A stretch of DNA of 64,000 nt from an uncultured Chloroflexia bacterium (GTDB lineage: Bacteria; Chloroflexota; Limnocylindria; Limnocylindrales; CSP1-4). How positions within the stretch are numbered: position 1 is the stretch's first letter; each line of letters opens with the position of its first letter. Shown here piece after piece: positions 9,485-18,711 of the stretch. The translations under genes were made by a program, and so were the position numbers. The DNA lies in assembly GCA_963768655.1 (NCBI GenBank), contig CAVYIM010000003.1:544001-608000 (forward strand), written 5' to 3'. The notes beneath the pieces were generated by a model. It saw only the letters and a program-made list of their open reading frames with translations, was not told the origin of the DNA and made no database searches.

Positions 9485-10363
9485 ATGCCTGGGTCCTCCG
9501 GCCCGAGCGGATCGGCCGGCCCGCGCGGCCTGCTGTCGATCTTTCCCCACCCCGACGACGAGAGCTACGGCGCCGGCGGGCTGATGGCCCTGGCCGCGGC
9601 CGCGGGCAATCCCGTCTGGGTCCTGTGCGTCACCAACGGCGACCAGGGCGGACGGCCCGGCGAGATGGGCGTCGATCACTCGCTCGATCCGCAGATCAGG
9701 CTCGAAGAGCTCCGCTGCGCGTGCCGAGAGATGGGCATCGCCGAGCCGATCTTCCTCGGCTACCGCGACTCGGGCATGGAGGGCTGGGGCGCGCCCGAGG
9801 GGTCGCTGGCGCTGGCAGATACGGAGGAAGTCGTGGGCCGGATGGTCGACGTCATCCGTCGCCTGCGGCCGGCCGTGGTCGTGACCTTCGACCCCGGCGG
9901 GATTTACGGCCACCCGGACCACGTCAGGTGCTCGGCCACGGCGACCGAGGCCTACCGGCGGGCTGCGGCCGAACCGGGCGGTCCGACCGCGCTCTACCAC
10001 CAGGTCATGCCGCGCTCCCGCATCGCCGCCATGCGCGCCGCGATGGAGGAGGAGCGGCGCAGCTCGGGTGACACGACTCCGCCGTCCGAGGACGACCGAC
10101 GCCAGCAGGAGGCGTTCGAGCGGCTGGCCCGGCCCGACGAGGAGATAACGACCGTCGTGGCGATCGACGAGGTGCTCGACCGCAAGCTTGCGGCGCTGGC
10201 CTGTCACGACAGCCAGATGCGCGGCCGGCGCTGGGACGACCCGGAGGTTCGGGAGCAGCTGACGAACATGTTCGGCCACGAAACGTTCGTGCGGGTCGAT
10301 CCTCCCCCCGGGCCCGGCGAGCGCGAGGACCGGCCCGTGGGCCTGCAATGGGGCAAGCGGTGA
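9485..10363 (+). CDS. PIG-L/LmbE family deacetylase (MshB-like)
   Basis: FPHPDDE, LGYRDSGM, GIYGHPDH, HDSQ motifs. Confidence 0.9.
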   Translation: MPGSSGPSGSAGPRGLLSIFPHPDDESYGAGGLMALAAAAGNPVWVLCVTNGDQGGRPGEMGVDHSLDPQIRLEELRCACREMGIAEPIFLGYRDSGMEGWGAPEGSLALADTEEVVGRMVDVIRRLRPAVVVTFDPGGIYGHPDHVRCSATATEAYRRAAAEPGGPTALYHQVMPRSRIAAMRAAMEEERRSSGDTTPPSEDDRRQQEAFERLARPDEEITTVVAIDEVLDRKLAALACHDSQMRGRRWDDPEVREQLTNMFGHETFVRVDPPPGPGEREDRPVGLQWGKR

Positions 10364-12348
10364 CCGCGCCGCAGCGCACGGGTCCGGACCGCGAGCGCGC
10401 GGTCGCAGAAGCTGCCCGAGGCGCCCAGGAGAACGGCCGCGTCCGCCGTCCATCCCGCGACGGGCTGACCATCGAGCAGGCCGGCGCGATCGAGGCGCCC
10501 CGCGAGTACCGACTCTCCCCTGACGGCCGCCGAGTGGCCTTCACAGCGGAGGCGGCCGGGGCCCGCCAGATCTTCCTGATGGCGTCGCGCGGCGGTTATC
10601 CGGAGCAGTTGACCGCGACCGAGAAGTCGGCCTCGGATCCGCAGTGGTCGCCAGACGGGCGCCGCCTCGCCTTCGTCCGCGACGAGGCGATCTGGATGAT
10701 CGACGTCGAAGGGGCGCACCAGGCCCTCGTGAGTCAGCACCCGGCCGGCAACCGCGCCCCGCGCTGGTGCGCCGACGGGCATCAGATCGCCTTCATCTCG
10801 CGGCGCCGCGGCTGGGACCAGCTGTGGGTCGTGGACGCGCCGGTCCCGCGTCGGGGCCGCCCCGCGACCCGCCCCCGCTCCCCCGAGCCCATCCCGCTGA
10901 CCGCGCCGGGCGTCGACGTCGACGAGTTCGTGTGGTCGCCGGACGGCCGCCAGATTGCCGTCACCTCGCAGCGTTTGCCGGACCTGCTCACCTCGCAGAT
11001 CCACCTGGTCGACGTGGTCACGGCCCAGGAGCGGCTCGTCGCCGGCGAGGACGCCTGGGAGACCGGCCCGCGCTGGCTGCCGGACGGCTCGGGCCTGTTG
11101 CTGATTTCGGACCGCGACGGCTGGTTCCAGGTCGTCCGAGTCCCGGCCGACGGCAAGGATCGGGCGGTTCTTACGACGGGCCTCCGCGACCATGGCGAGC
11201 CGGGCGGGGGCTGGGGGTACGTGCCCGTGCCATCGCCCGACGGGAAGCTCTTCGCCTGCGTGGAGATCCACGATGGGCTCGTCGATCTACTGATCGGCAA
11301 GCTGCCCGCGCGGGGCGTCTCCGCGGCCGGTCGGACCGGGCCGCGGCTGACGGTCGCGAACCCGTTCGAGGGCGTGTGGATGATCGTCGGCTGGACGCCC
11401 GACGCGACGGCCCTCCTGGCTATCGGGCGCAGCGACCACGCCCCCGACGATCTCTGGCTGCTGCCCGTCCCGGAGACCGCGGCCGGGGGCGCGAAACCCC
11501 GCCAGCTGACCCACTCGTTGCCGACCGTCGTGGACACGGCCCATTTCGCGACCGCCACGCGCATCGCCTTCGAGGCCCGCGACGGGCTGCGGATCGAAGG
11601 CAACCTCTATCTACCCTCGAACGCAACCGGCGAGGAAGCGGTCCGCGTGCCCTGCCTGGTCCACTCGCACGGCGGGCCCACCTCTCAGGCCCTGCGCGAC
11701 TGGCTGCCGTTCCGCCAGCTCGTGGCGGAGGCCGGGATCGCCTTCCTGTCCGTGGACTTTCGCGGATCGACGGGCTACGGCCGCCACTTCCGCTGGGCCA
11801 ACCGCGGCGAGTGGGGCCACGCCGACGCGTTCGACGTCATCGATGCCGCCCACTGGGCGGCGGCGCAGTCCTGGTGCGATGGCCGGCTGGCCCACTACGG
11901 CGCCTCGTACGGCGGCTACATGACGCTCTGCGTCCTGACGGAGGAGCCGTCCCTGTGGCGCGCCGGCATCGACCTGTACGGCGACTCGGACATCGCGGAG
12001 AGCTACCGCCACGGAGATCGTCTGGGTCGGATCGACCTGGAGCGGATGATGGGCCGGCCCGACGACCCCGCGGCCGCCGAGGCCTACCGCCGTGGCTCAC
12101 CGCTCAATCGGGTGGAGCGAATCGAGGCGCCGCTCTTGATCATGCACGGCCGCAAGGACAAGCGCGTCGTGCCGCTGATGACCGAGAAGATCGTCGAGGC
12201 GCTCGAGATCGAAGGTAAGCACTACCAGGTCCACTGGTACGACGAGGAGCCGCACGGCCTTCAGAAGCGCGACAACCGCCGTGACGCCTGGAAACGCTGC
12301 CTGGAATTCCTGAAGCGCCATCTGCTCGAGCAGGTCGACGAAGAGTAA
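10360..12348 (+). CDS. S9 family peptidase (prolyl oligopeptidase/acylaminoacyl peptidase) with PD40-like propeller
   Basis: WSPDG repeats, HGGP, GASYGG nucleophile motif, D and H triad motifs; GTGA overlap with previous gene. Confidence 0.9.
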   Translation: MTAPQRTGPDRERAVAEAARGAQENGRVRRPSRDGLTIEQAGAIEAPREYRLSPDGRRVAFTAEAAGARQIFLMASRGGYPEQLTATEKSASDPQWSPDGRRLAFVRDEAIWMIDVEGAHQALVSQHPAGNRAPRWCADGHQIAFISRRRGWDQLWVVDAPVPRRGRPATRPRSPEPIPLTAPGVDVDEFVWSPDGRQIAVTSQRLPDLLTSQIHLVDVVTAQERLVAGEDAWETGPRWLPDGSGLLLISDRDGWFQVVRVPADGKDRAVLTTGLRDHGEPGGGWGYVPVPSPDGKLFACVEIHDGLVDLLIGKLPARGVSAAGRTGPRLTVANPFEGVWMIVGWTPDATALLAIGRSDHAPDDLWLLPVPETAAGGAKPRQLTHSLPTVVDTAHFATATRIAFEARDGLRIEGNLYLPSNATGEEAVRVPCLVHSHGGPTSQALRDWLPFRQLVAEAGIAFLSVDFRGSTGYGRHFRWANRGEWGHADAFDVIDAAHWAAAQSWCDGRLAHYGASYGGYMTLCVLTEEPSLWRAGIDLYGDSDIAESYRHGDRLGRIDLERMMGRPDDPAAAEAYRRGSPLNRVERIEAPLLIMHGRKDKRVVPLMTEKIVEALEIEGKHYQVHWYDEEPHGLQKRDNRRDAWKRCLEFLKRHLLEQVDEE

Positions 12349-12378
12349 GGGCGATCTATGTGGGGTCGGCGGGGTGGA

Positions 12379-12775
12379 GTGAATCTGCTCGACACGGACG
12401 AGATGGCGGCCTTCTTCGAGCGGCTCGACCACCTCAATGAGGGTGAGCTTCTCGGCCTGCGCGCCGCCTGGCGATCGACGAGCCGCGGGGCGCACGAGGA
12501 AGCCTGGGCGGCCGTACGGGCCGTCGGTGTGCGCGAGGGCTTGAGCAAGGAGATCGACCGCGTGCGCAACCGGGCGCTTGGCTGGGCATCGCGCGGTTCT
12601 AACTCGAATTCCCTATCGGATCAGCAGCGACGTGACCTGGCTACAGATCAAGATCGAAGCCGGCGAGGCCATCGTCGACGCAGCGCTGGCGCTGGCTCTC
12701 GGCCCCCGCCTCGACGCGAGCACGCGCAAAATCCTGATCGGTCCCTGGTTGCGCGTCACCCAGGGTGCGGAGTAG
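12379..12775 (+). pseudogene. Hypothetical protein with an apparent +1 frameshift near 12607 (possibly a sequencing error)
   Basis: ORFs 12358..12984 (5' part) and 12578..12775 (3' part) join into one helical protein if one base is removed from TCGAATTCCC. Confidence 0.55.
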
Positions 12776-12920
12776 GGGCCGCTGCCTCCGGGCCCCATCG
12801 TGCAGATGTCCGGCTCAGCCGGACAGGATTGGGCTCTTCGGTTGCGCGTCACCCAGGGTGCGGAGTAGGGGCCGCTGCCTCCGGGCCCCATCGTGCAGAT
12901 GTCCGGCTCAGCCGGACAGG
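12747..12920. repeat. 81-bp perfect direct duplication (12747-12827 and 12840-12920) including a gene 3' end
   Basis: Directly visible; period 93 bp. Confidence 0.9.
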
Positions 12921-13123
12921 TTTCGGGCTCTTTGCAGATCGCCGGCCGATCGACGCCCGATCGGACCAGGAATTCGGCGTATAGAGGTCAATTCGGCCCT
13001 GCGGCCGGCTTCGGAGCGGCGTTTCAGCGTCACCGACCGTCCCGCCGGCGCCCGATCCCGCCGGCGGGCCGATTCGTGTCCGGTTGGGTCGGACGAATGC
13101 AACTTCGACCGCGCGACGATGGC

Positions 13124-13291
13124 GCCCGCCCGCCGCCGACCGCGGCACGTACCGCCCGCCGCCGACCGCGGCACGTACCGCCCGCCGCCGACCGCGGCAC
13201 GTACCGCCCGCCGCCGACCGCGGCACGTACCACCCGCCGCCGACCGCGGCACGTACCACCCGCCGCCGACCGCGGCACGTACCACCCGCCG
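13124..13291. repeat. 26-bp tandem repeat CGCCGCCGACCGCGGCACGTACC(G/A)CC, about 6 copies
   Basis: Directly visible, no spacers. Confidence 0.9.
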
Positions 13292-13357
13292 CGTCCAGGT
13301 GGCAACGTGAGTTCGCGCCCTTCGCACGGTTTTCGCGCACCGATGTAGGCTCAACGC

Positions 13358-13771
13358 GTGGCAGATCTTCGCGTTGAGCTGCTGGCCGTCGAGGACTGCC
13401 CGCACCTGGAGCAGGCGCGGCGCGATCTGGAGAGCGTGCTCCGCAAGGGGATCATCGAAACCCCGATCCAGCTGATCTTCGTCACCAGCCAGGAGGACGC
13501 CGAGTTCCTCGGCTTCCAGGGCTCGCCGACCATCCGCATCGGGGGTGAGGACGTCGTTCCCCAACCGGAGCTGCCGGTGGCGCTGGCATGCCGGATCTAC
13601 CGCGATGCGGACGGCCGAGCGCTCGGCTCGCCTCCGATCGAAGCCATCGCCGCAGCCGTGGATGCCCACCGCCGCGGCAGGCTCGAGACGTTCCAGCGCG
13701 AGGAGGCGGCGAAGGTCGCCGAGTTCGCGCGCCGCGCCGACGCAGCCGATGACTCCACCAAGGAAGGCTGA
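13358..13771 (+). CDS. Thioredoxin-like protein (DUF2703/alkylmercury-lyase-associated type)
   Basis: VELL..DCPH, FQGSPTIRIGGED, ACRIY motifs; TAGGCT -10 lies 6 nt before GTG. Confidence 0.7.
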   Translation: MADLRVELLAVEDCPHLEQARRDLESVLRKGIIETPIQLIFVTSQEDAEFLGFQGSPTIRIGGEDVVPQPELPVALACRIYRDADGRALGSPPIEAIAAAVDAHRRGRLETFQREEAAKVAEFARRADAADDSTKEG

Positions 13772-13775
13772 CCAG

Positions 13776-14750
13776 ATGAGCGTTGCCGATTCCGTTCGAG
13801 TGCTGCCGCAGCGAACGATGCGGTCCCTCTTCATCTCGCTGTCCCACCGCCGGTCGCTCGCCCGAATGGCCGTGCGGAGCCCGCTGACGCGGCCGGTCGT
13901 CGCCCGCTTCGTCGCCGGCGAAACGCTCGAGGCGGCCCTGCCCGCGATCGCGGCCCTCAAACGCGCCGGGATGCGAACCACCGTCGACGTCCTGGGCGAA
14001 TCGGTCAGCTCGGCGGAGCTCGCCTCCGCCGCCGCCGATCGCTACGTCGCGACCCTGCCCGCCCTGGCGTCGGGTGGGCTCGACGCCAACGTCAGCGTCA
14101 AGCTGACCCAGATGGGCCTGGAGATCGACCGCGACCTGTGCCGCTCCAACGTGATGCGGATCATCGACGCGGCGCGGGCCGTGGACGGCTTCGTGCGCTT
14201 CGACATGGAGGACCATACCGCGACCGATGCCACTCTCGCGATCTGGCGGGAGGCCCACGAGGCGTACCCGCAGACCGGCGTCGTGATCCAGGCGGCGTTG
14301 CGGCGGAGTGCCGTCGACGTCGGACGGATCCTCGCCGCGGGCGGCCGGGTTCGGCTGTGCAAGGGCGCCTACGACGAGCCGCGCAGCGTCGCCTACGTGA
14401 ACAAGTCGACGGTGGACGCCAACTACGCGAAGCTGATGGAGCGGCTGCTCAAGTCCGGCTCATACCATGCCCTGGCGACACACGACCCCAAGCTGATCGC
14501 GCAGGCCATCGCCATCGCCGAGCGCGAGGGGATCGGCTCCGGGCGCTTCGAGTTCCAGATGCTCTACGGCGTCCGGCGCGACCTGCAGCGGATGCTCGTC
14601 GCGCGCGGCTACACGGTCCGGATCTACGTGCCGTACGGGCACGAGTGGTATCCGTACTTCATGCGCCGCCTGGCCGAACGCCCGGCCAACGTCGGTTTCA
14701 TGCTGCGGGCGATCCTCAAGGAAGAGGGTCGCCGGGTCCGGGGGCACTGA
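13776..14750 (+). CDS. Monofunctional proline dehydrogenase
   Basis: RFVAGET, DVLGE, SVKLTQMG, DME, RLCKGAY, ATHD, EFQMLYG, YVPYG..WYPYFMRRLAERPAN. Confidence 0.95.
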   Translation: MSVADSVRVLPQRTMRSLFISLSHRRSLARMAVRSPLTRPVVARFVAGETLEAALPAIAALKRAGMRTTVDVLGESVSSAELASAAADRYVATLPALASGGLDANVSVKLTQMGLEIDRDLCRSNVMRIIDAARAVDGFVRFDMEDHTATDATLAIWREAHEAYPQTGVVIQAALRRSAVDVGRILAAGGRVRLCKGAYDEPRSVAYVNKSTVDANYAKLMERLLKSGSYHALATHDPKLIAQAIAIAEREGIGSGRFEFQMLYGVRRDLQRMLVARGYTVRIYVPYGHEWYPYFMRRLAERPANVGFMLRAILKEEGRRVRGH

Positions 14751-15151
14751 CCCAAGGCCTGGACCTGGCTTGCGGCGCCAGGGTCCTGAACCGACCCCTG
14801 ACCAGGGTGAACCCGCCCGGATTACTCGTCCGGACGGCGGTATGGGTTCGTTCTCGACCCGACGGAAGGCCCGGTGCCCGGGTGGTGGGCATATCCGACA
14901 GGGAAGCCAACGCGGAGGTCCCTACTCAGTCCCTGCCCATCCGGGGGACAAACGCGCCCACCCACCCGCTTCGGCCGGGAACCCGGTATCTGGCGTCAAA
15001 CGTGTGGGTCGAGTTGGGCAGATTCGGCGACTCAGGCGGGGCCCGGATGCAGTGACGTCTCATATGCCCACCAGGCGGGCAGTCAGCGCCAGATCTGGCC
15101 GGTGCGGTCGAATGTGTACCTATGTCTGGGCCGGGTCGACCAGATGCCCGG

Positions 15152-15250
15152 GCTCTGCCGCCCTCTGCCGCCCTCTGCCGCCCTCGCCAAGCCTCTGCCG
15201 CCCTCGCCAAGCCTCGGCCGCCCTCGTGCCCTCTTCCGCCTTCTGCCGAG
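15152..15250. repeat. Degenerate short tandem repeats (GCCCTCTGCC/GCCCTCGCCAA)
   Basis: Directly visible just downstream of the GyrI-like gene. Confidence 0.6.
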
Positions 15251-15254
15251 CCCG

Positions 15255-15935
15255 TCAGCCCTCGCTCACCGGCTGGCGCAGCACCGTCTTGAGCTTCGCG
15301 GGATCCGACCGGCGCGGGTCGCCCAGGTAGATCTCGTGGTGAGCGCCGCGCGGCCGGAGGCCCCGGACGGTGATGAAGGCGTGGAGCCGCTCGATAGTGG
15401 GGCGCTCCTGCGAGTACGGCCCGATGTGCATGACCTGGGCGGAGCGCCCTTCCCGCCAGCGCTCCAGGCGCAGCCGGTCCAGCTGATCCGAGTCGCCTTT
15501 CTTGCGCCGCACCTCCGCAACGGCCTCCTCGAATACCGCCGGGGTCACGTCGTCCGAGACCGCGAGCATCGCCCGCCAGCCCCACTTCTCGGGCGCGACG
15601 TTCATGTCGAAGGCTTCGTCCTCGCCGGTGAACCAGAGCGCCTCGAGCGGCAGGACCGGCATGGCCAGACCGTCGCGCTTGAGGCGGAACTTGATCGAGT
15701 AGACGAGCGGGAACAGGGCGGCGAAGGCCTTCTGGAAATCGGTCGTGGGGTAGTCGGCCCCTTCGTCGGGCGCTCCCCTGCCGTCGATCATCAGGTAGCC
15801 GAGCTCGGGCACGTCCACGAGGACCGGATCCCGAGGCGGGTTGAAGAGCGGCGCCAGCCTCTTCTTGAGGTCGGGAGCCGCCGGCGCGGTTGTCGGTGCA
15901 GTTCCCGACGCGGTCCTGGTCGTCGTCGTGGCCAT
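15255..15935 (-). CDS. GyrI-like small-molecule-binding domain protein
   Basis: YLMIDGRG.P, PLEALW, EGRSAQVMHIGPYS.E, HHEIYLGDPRR..P.KLKT.LRQP; GGAGG RBS. Confidence 0.85.
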   Translation of the reverse strand: MATTTTRTASGTAPTTAPAAPDLKKRLAPLFNPPRDPVLVDVPELGYLMIDGRGAPDEGADYPTTDFQKAFAALFPLVYSIKFRLKRDGLAMPVLPLEALWFTGEDEAFDMNVAPEKWGWRAMLAVSDDVTPAVFEEAVAEVRRKKGDSDQLDRLRLERWREGRSAQVMHIGPYSQERPTIERLHAFITVRGLRPRGAHHEIYLGDPRRSDPAKLKTVLRQPVSEG

Positions 15936-16031
15936 TGCTTCCTCCTGCGGCGAATGCAGGTGACTTCTACGGCCTCGGGCGGGGTTAGGGTCAAGCCTTC
16001 GGGCGCTGAGCGCCAGGGCCGTGCGGCGCGG

Positions 16032-16511
16032 CTATCCCAGCGAGGCCGCCATCTGGTCGCAATGCTCTTCGATGTGGCCCGCCAGCATCTCGTCCGCGAT
16101 CTGCTTGACGGTCATGTCGCCTTTGGTCTTATGCGACCCGCGGCGCGCGCACTGCCGGTCGTCCAGCTCGAGCAGGCGGCGAACCACTCGCTCCAGGTGG
16201 AAGTCCAGGCGGAAGTACAGCTCGGAAACGGGCAGGCTTCGGTCGCGGTCGACCGTCAGCAGCCGGATGAGATCGCTTGGTGCCCGGCCGAACGGAACCG
16301 GCTCCATCGGGGCGGCGAGGATGCGCTCGATCTCGCCCAGCCAGTAGGGGAGCATCTCATCGACGTGGGCGAGCGTCTCGCGGGCGACCCATTCGCGCGA
16401 ACGCGGCAGGTCGTCGGGCGCGGGCGGGCTCATCTCCACCTTGGTGCGGAGCCGGACGAGGCGGTCGCGGGCGACTCGCAGCCGCTCGACCTCCGGATAC
16501 AGGGTCGCCAT
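16032..16511 (-). CDS. DinB/YfiT-like four-helix-bundle protein
   Basis: W..RETLAHV.E and C-terminal HxxEH metal-binding motifs. Confidence 0.75.
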   Translation of the reverse strand: MATLYPEVERLRVARDRLVRLRTKVEMSPPAPDDLPRSREWVARETLAHVDEMLPYWLGEIERILAAPMEPVPFGRAPSDLIRLLTVDRDRSLPVSELYFRLDFHLERVVRRLLELDDRQCARRGSHKTKGDMTVKQIADEMLAGHIEEHCDQMAASLG

Positions 16512-16725
16512 ATCTCGGGCTTCTCTCCCTCCGGGGCGAGGTCGTGTGGTTTGGGCTGACCTCGCCCACAGAGATTACTCGAACCGGCGAGAGACCGGGA
16601 AGCTGGCCAGGAACGCGGTCGGGCCGATCCCTCAGGTTCCGGCGCCTCGAATCCGTCGTCCGGCTGGGAAGATGGTTGGCGCGTTTCTCCGGCCGGCCCC
16701 GGCTGACGCGCGACCTTTCTTCCGC

Positions 16726-17691
16726 CTACACCTCTTCGAGGAGAGTCGGGCGAGATTCGGACGGCGTCGCCGTCTGGGCCAGCAGAACGCCGGTCAGGAC
16801 CAGCAACGCGCCGACGATCTGCAGCGGGGCGAGCGTCTCGCCGAGGAAGCCCACACCCAGGGCAATGACCACGAGCGGCTCCACGGTTGCCATGAGGGAC
16901 GCCTGCGCCGCCCCGATTCGCGCCACCGACGCGTAGAACGCCTGGATGGCGATCGCGGCCGCGAACAGGCCTATGCCGAACAAGCCGGGCCACGCCTCCA
17001 CCGGGACGCCCCACGGCACGAGCGGCTCGCGGGCGGCTGCGGCGATGACGAACATCGTCAGCCACGTGCCGGTCATCATCACTGCGCCGGCGACGGGCGG
17101 CGAAACCTCGGCGCCCTTGCCCTTCGAGCGCATGTCGGCGGTCTGGCCCGGCCGCTCGCCTGCCATCCAGGCCGCGAGGATGATGTATACGGCGTAGGTC
17201 AGCGGCGAGAGCGCCCCGATCGCGACCCCCAGTCCGTCGACTCCGGCCTCGATTCCCCCGATCGTCAGGATCGCCCCCGTCAGCACGACCGCGAGCGAGC
17301 CCCAGGCCAGGCGGCCCCGGAACGGGTAGCCGAGCCTCATCGACAGCACCGCGACCACGGCCGGGTACGCGTACATCAGAAGCGCCTCGAGCGAGGTCGG
17401 GATGCGCTGGACGGCGGCGTAGTACACGCTCGCGGTCATGACGAAGGTCGCGCCGGTGAAGAGAAGGCGCCCGGTCGTCCGGCGGTCGAGCAGGCGAAGC
17501 TCGGCCCGTGCTCTCGGTTGGGCGAACAGCCACAGCCAGCTGATCACGGTCGCGAAGAAGAAGCGCCACGCCAGCAGCGCAATCCAGTCCAGCCCCGCGT
17601 GGTAGACGCTCTTGGCGAAGAGCGGCCCGGTACCGTACGCGACGCCCGAGAGGGCGCCGAGCGCGATGCCAACGACTTTTCGACGGTCCAT
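16726..17691 (-). CDS. EamA/DMT family transporter
   Basis: About ten TM helices, two EamA repeats, ATVEPL..LGETL..QIVG; TAGCCT -10 lies 6 nt before ATG. Confidence 0.9.
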   Translation of the reverse strand: MDRRKVVGIALGALSGVAYGTGPLFAKSVYHAGLDWIALLAWRFFFATVISWLWLFAQPRARAELRLLDRRTTGRLLFTGATFVMTASVYYAAVQRIPTSLEALLMYAYPAVVAVLSMRLGYPFRGRLAWGSLAVVLTGAILTIGGIEAGVDGLGVAIGALSPLTYAVYIILAAWMAGERPGQTADMRSKGKGAEVSPPVAGAVMMTGTWLTMFVIAAAAREPLVPWGVPVEAWPGLFGIGLFAAAIAIQAFYASVARIGAAQASLMATVEPLVVIALGVGFLGETLAPLQIVGALLVLTGVLLAQTATPSESRPTLLEEV

Positions 17692-17971
17692 CGCGCAAGG
17701 CTAGCAGGAGATGCCTGGAGGTTCCGGCGGCCTACCGTGGCGGGTAGGTATGATCTTCGAAGGAGCCTGGTGCGGGCACGCAAATGGCCCGTTGCGCCAG
17801 CGCACGATGCGTTCGGAGTAGGCCGAATCACACCTGTGGCCCCTACATGCAGACTACCGCCCGAGTACCTCTCAAACGGTACGAGTGAGTCATATGCCCG
17901 ATTCGCGGCCGGCCCTAGGATCTCCGACATCGAGGCGACCGATCGGTTGCCAGCTCCTGAGGTCGAATGCG

Positions 17972-18226
17972 ATGTCACGGGCCCGCGAACGCTGCCCTCG
18001 CTGCGGTAGGCGCCTCGTCAGCACGCGGTTCGACACCACGTTCCGCCTCCCCGACCGAAGCGAGCGTCTCTGCTTCGGGATCCCGGGTGGCCTGTGCGAA
18101 GACTGCCACCAGCTGTACATCGATCCCGAGCTGATCGAGCTGCTCGATCTGGGCCAGGGTCGCTGCGTCTTCGCCATCGAGAGCGACCTGGTCGTCCAGG
18201 AGCAGGCCTGGTCCAGCGCCGACTGA
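17972..18226 (+). CDS. Small zinc-ribbon protein (YgiT-like, CPRC...CEDC)
   Basis: Two CxxC pairs in 84 aa; start uncertain. Confidence 0.6.
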   Translation: MSRARERCPRCGRRLVSTRFDTTFRLPDRSERLCFGIPGGLCEDCHQLYIDPELIELLDLGQGRCVFAIESDLVVQEQAWSSAD

Positions 18227-18273
18227 CAGGTACGGGCGCGCTCTCCCCTCAGGTCATTCGCCGCGGTCCCGCT

Positions 18274-18711
18274 GGGCTCATATCCCTGCCCGTGAGGCGG
18301 CCGGGGTGGTCGGGCTCATACCCCTGGCGAATGAACGCGACGTGTTCGGGCCCGTGAGGCGGCCGGGGTTGGCGGGCCCATATCCCTGGCGAATGAACGC
18401 GACGTGTTCGGGCCCGTGAGGACCGGCGGGCGGCCGGAGTGGTCGGGCCCATATCCCTGGCGAATGAACGCGACGTGTTCGGGCCCGTGGGGAGCGGCGG
18501 GCGGCCGGAGTGGTCGGGCTCATGTCCCTGGCGAATGAACGCGACGTGTTCGGGCCCGTGGGGAGCGGCGGGCGGCCGGAGTGGTCGGGCTCATGTCCCT
18601 GGCGAATGAACGCGACGTGTTCGGGCCCGTGAGGCGGCCGGGGTTGGCGGGCTCATATCCCTGGTGAATGAACGCGACGTGTTCGGGCCCGTGGGGAGCG
18701 GCGGGCGGCCG
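18274..18711. repeat. Intergenic tandem repeat array: six copies of a ~40-bp core (CATATCCCTGGCGAATGAACGCGACGTGTTCGGGCCCGTG) with related linkers, periods about 62 or 71 bp, plus one truncated copy
   Basis: Directly visible between convergent genes. Confidence 0.9.

Noticed and set aside
13124-13291. CRISPR array or coding repeat
   Set aside because: Head-to-tail 26-bp units without spacers; unit length is not a multiple of 3.
16553-16590. GCTGACCTCGCCCACAGAGATTACTCGAACCGG, resembling the att-like repeat
   Set aside because: Only the GACCTCGCCC and CGAACCG ends match, and it lies in apparently core context; may be chance.
17745-17970. Possible riboswitch or ncRNA in the long leader of the zinc-ribbon gene
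   Set aside because: A TATGAT -10 is present, but I could not match any known riboswitch consensus by eye.
18274-18711. CRISPR array
   Set aside because: Linkers are near-copies of one another rather than unique spacers; no cas genes or AT-rich leader nearby.
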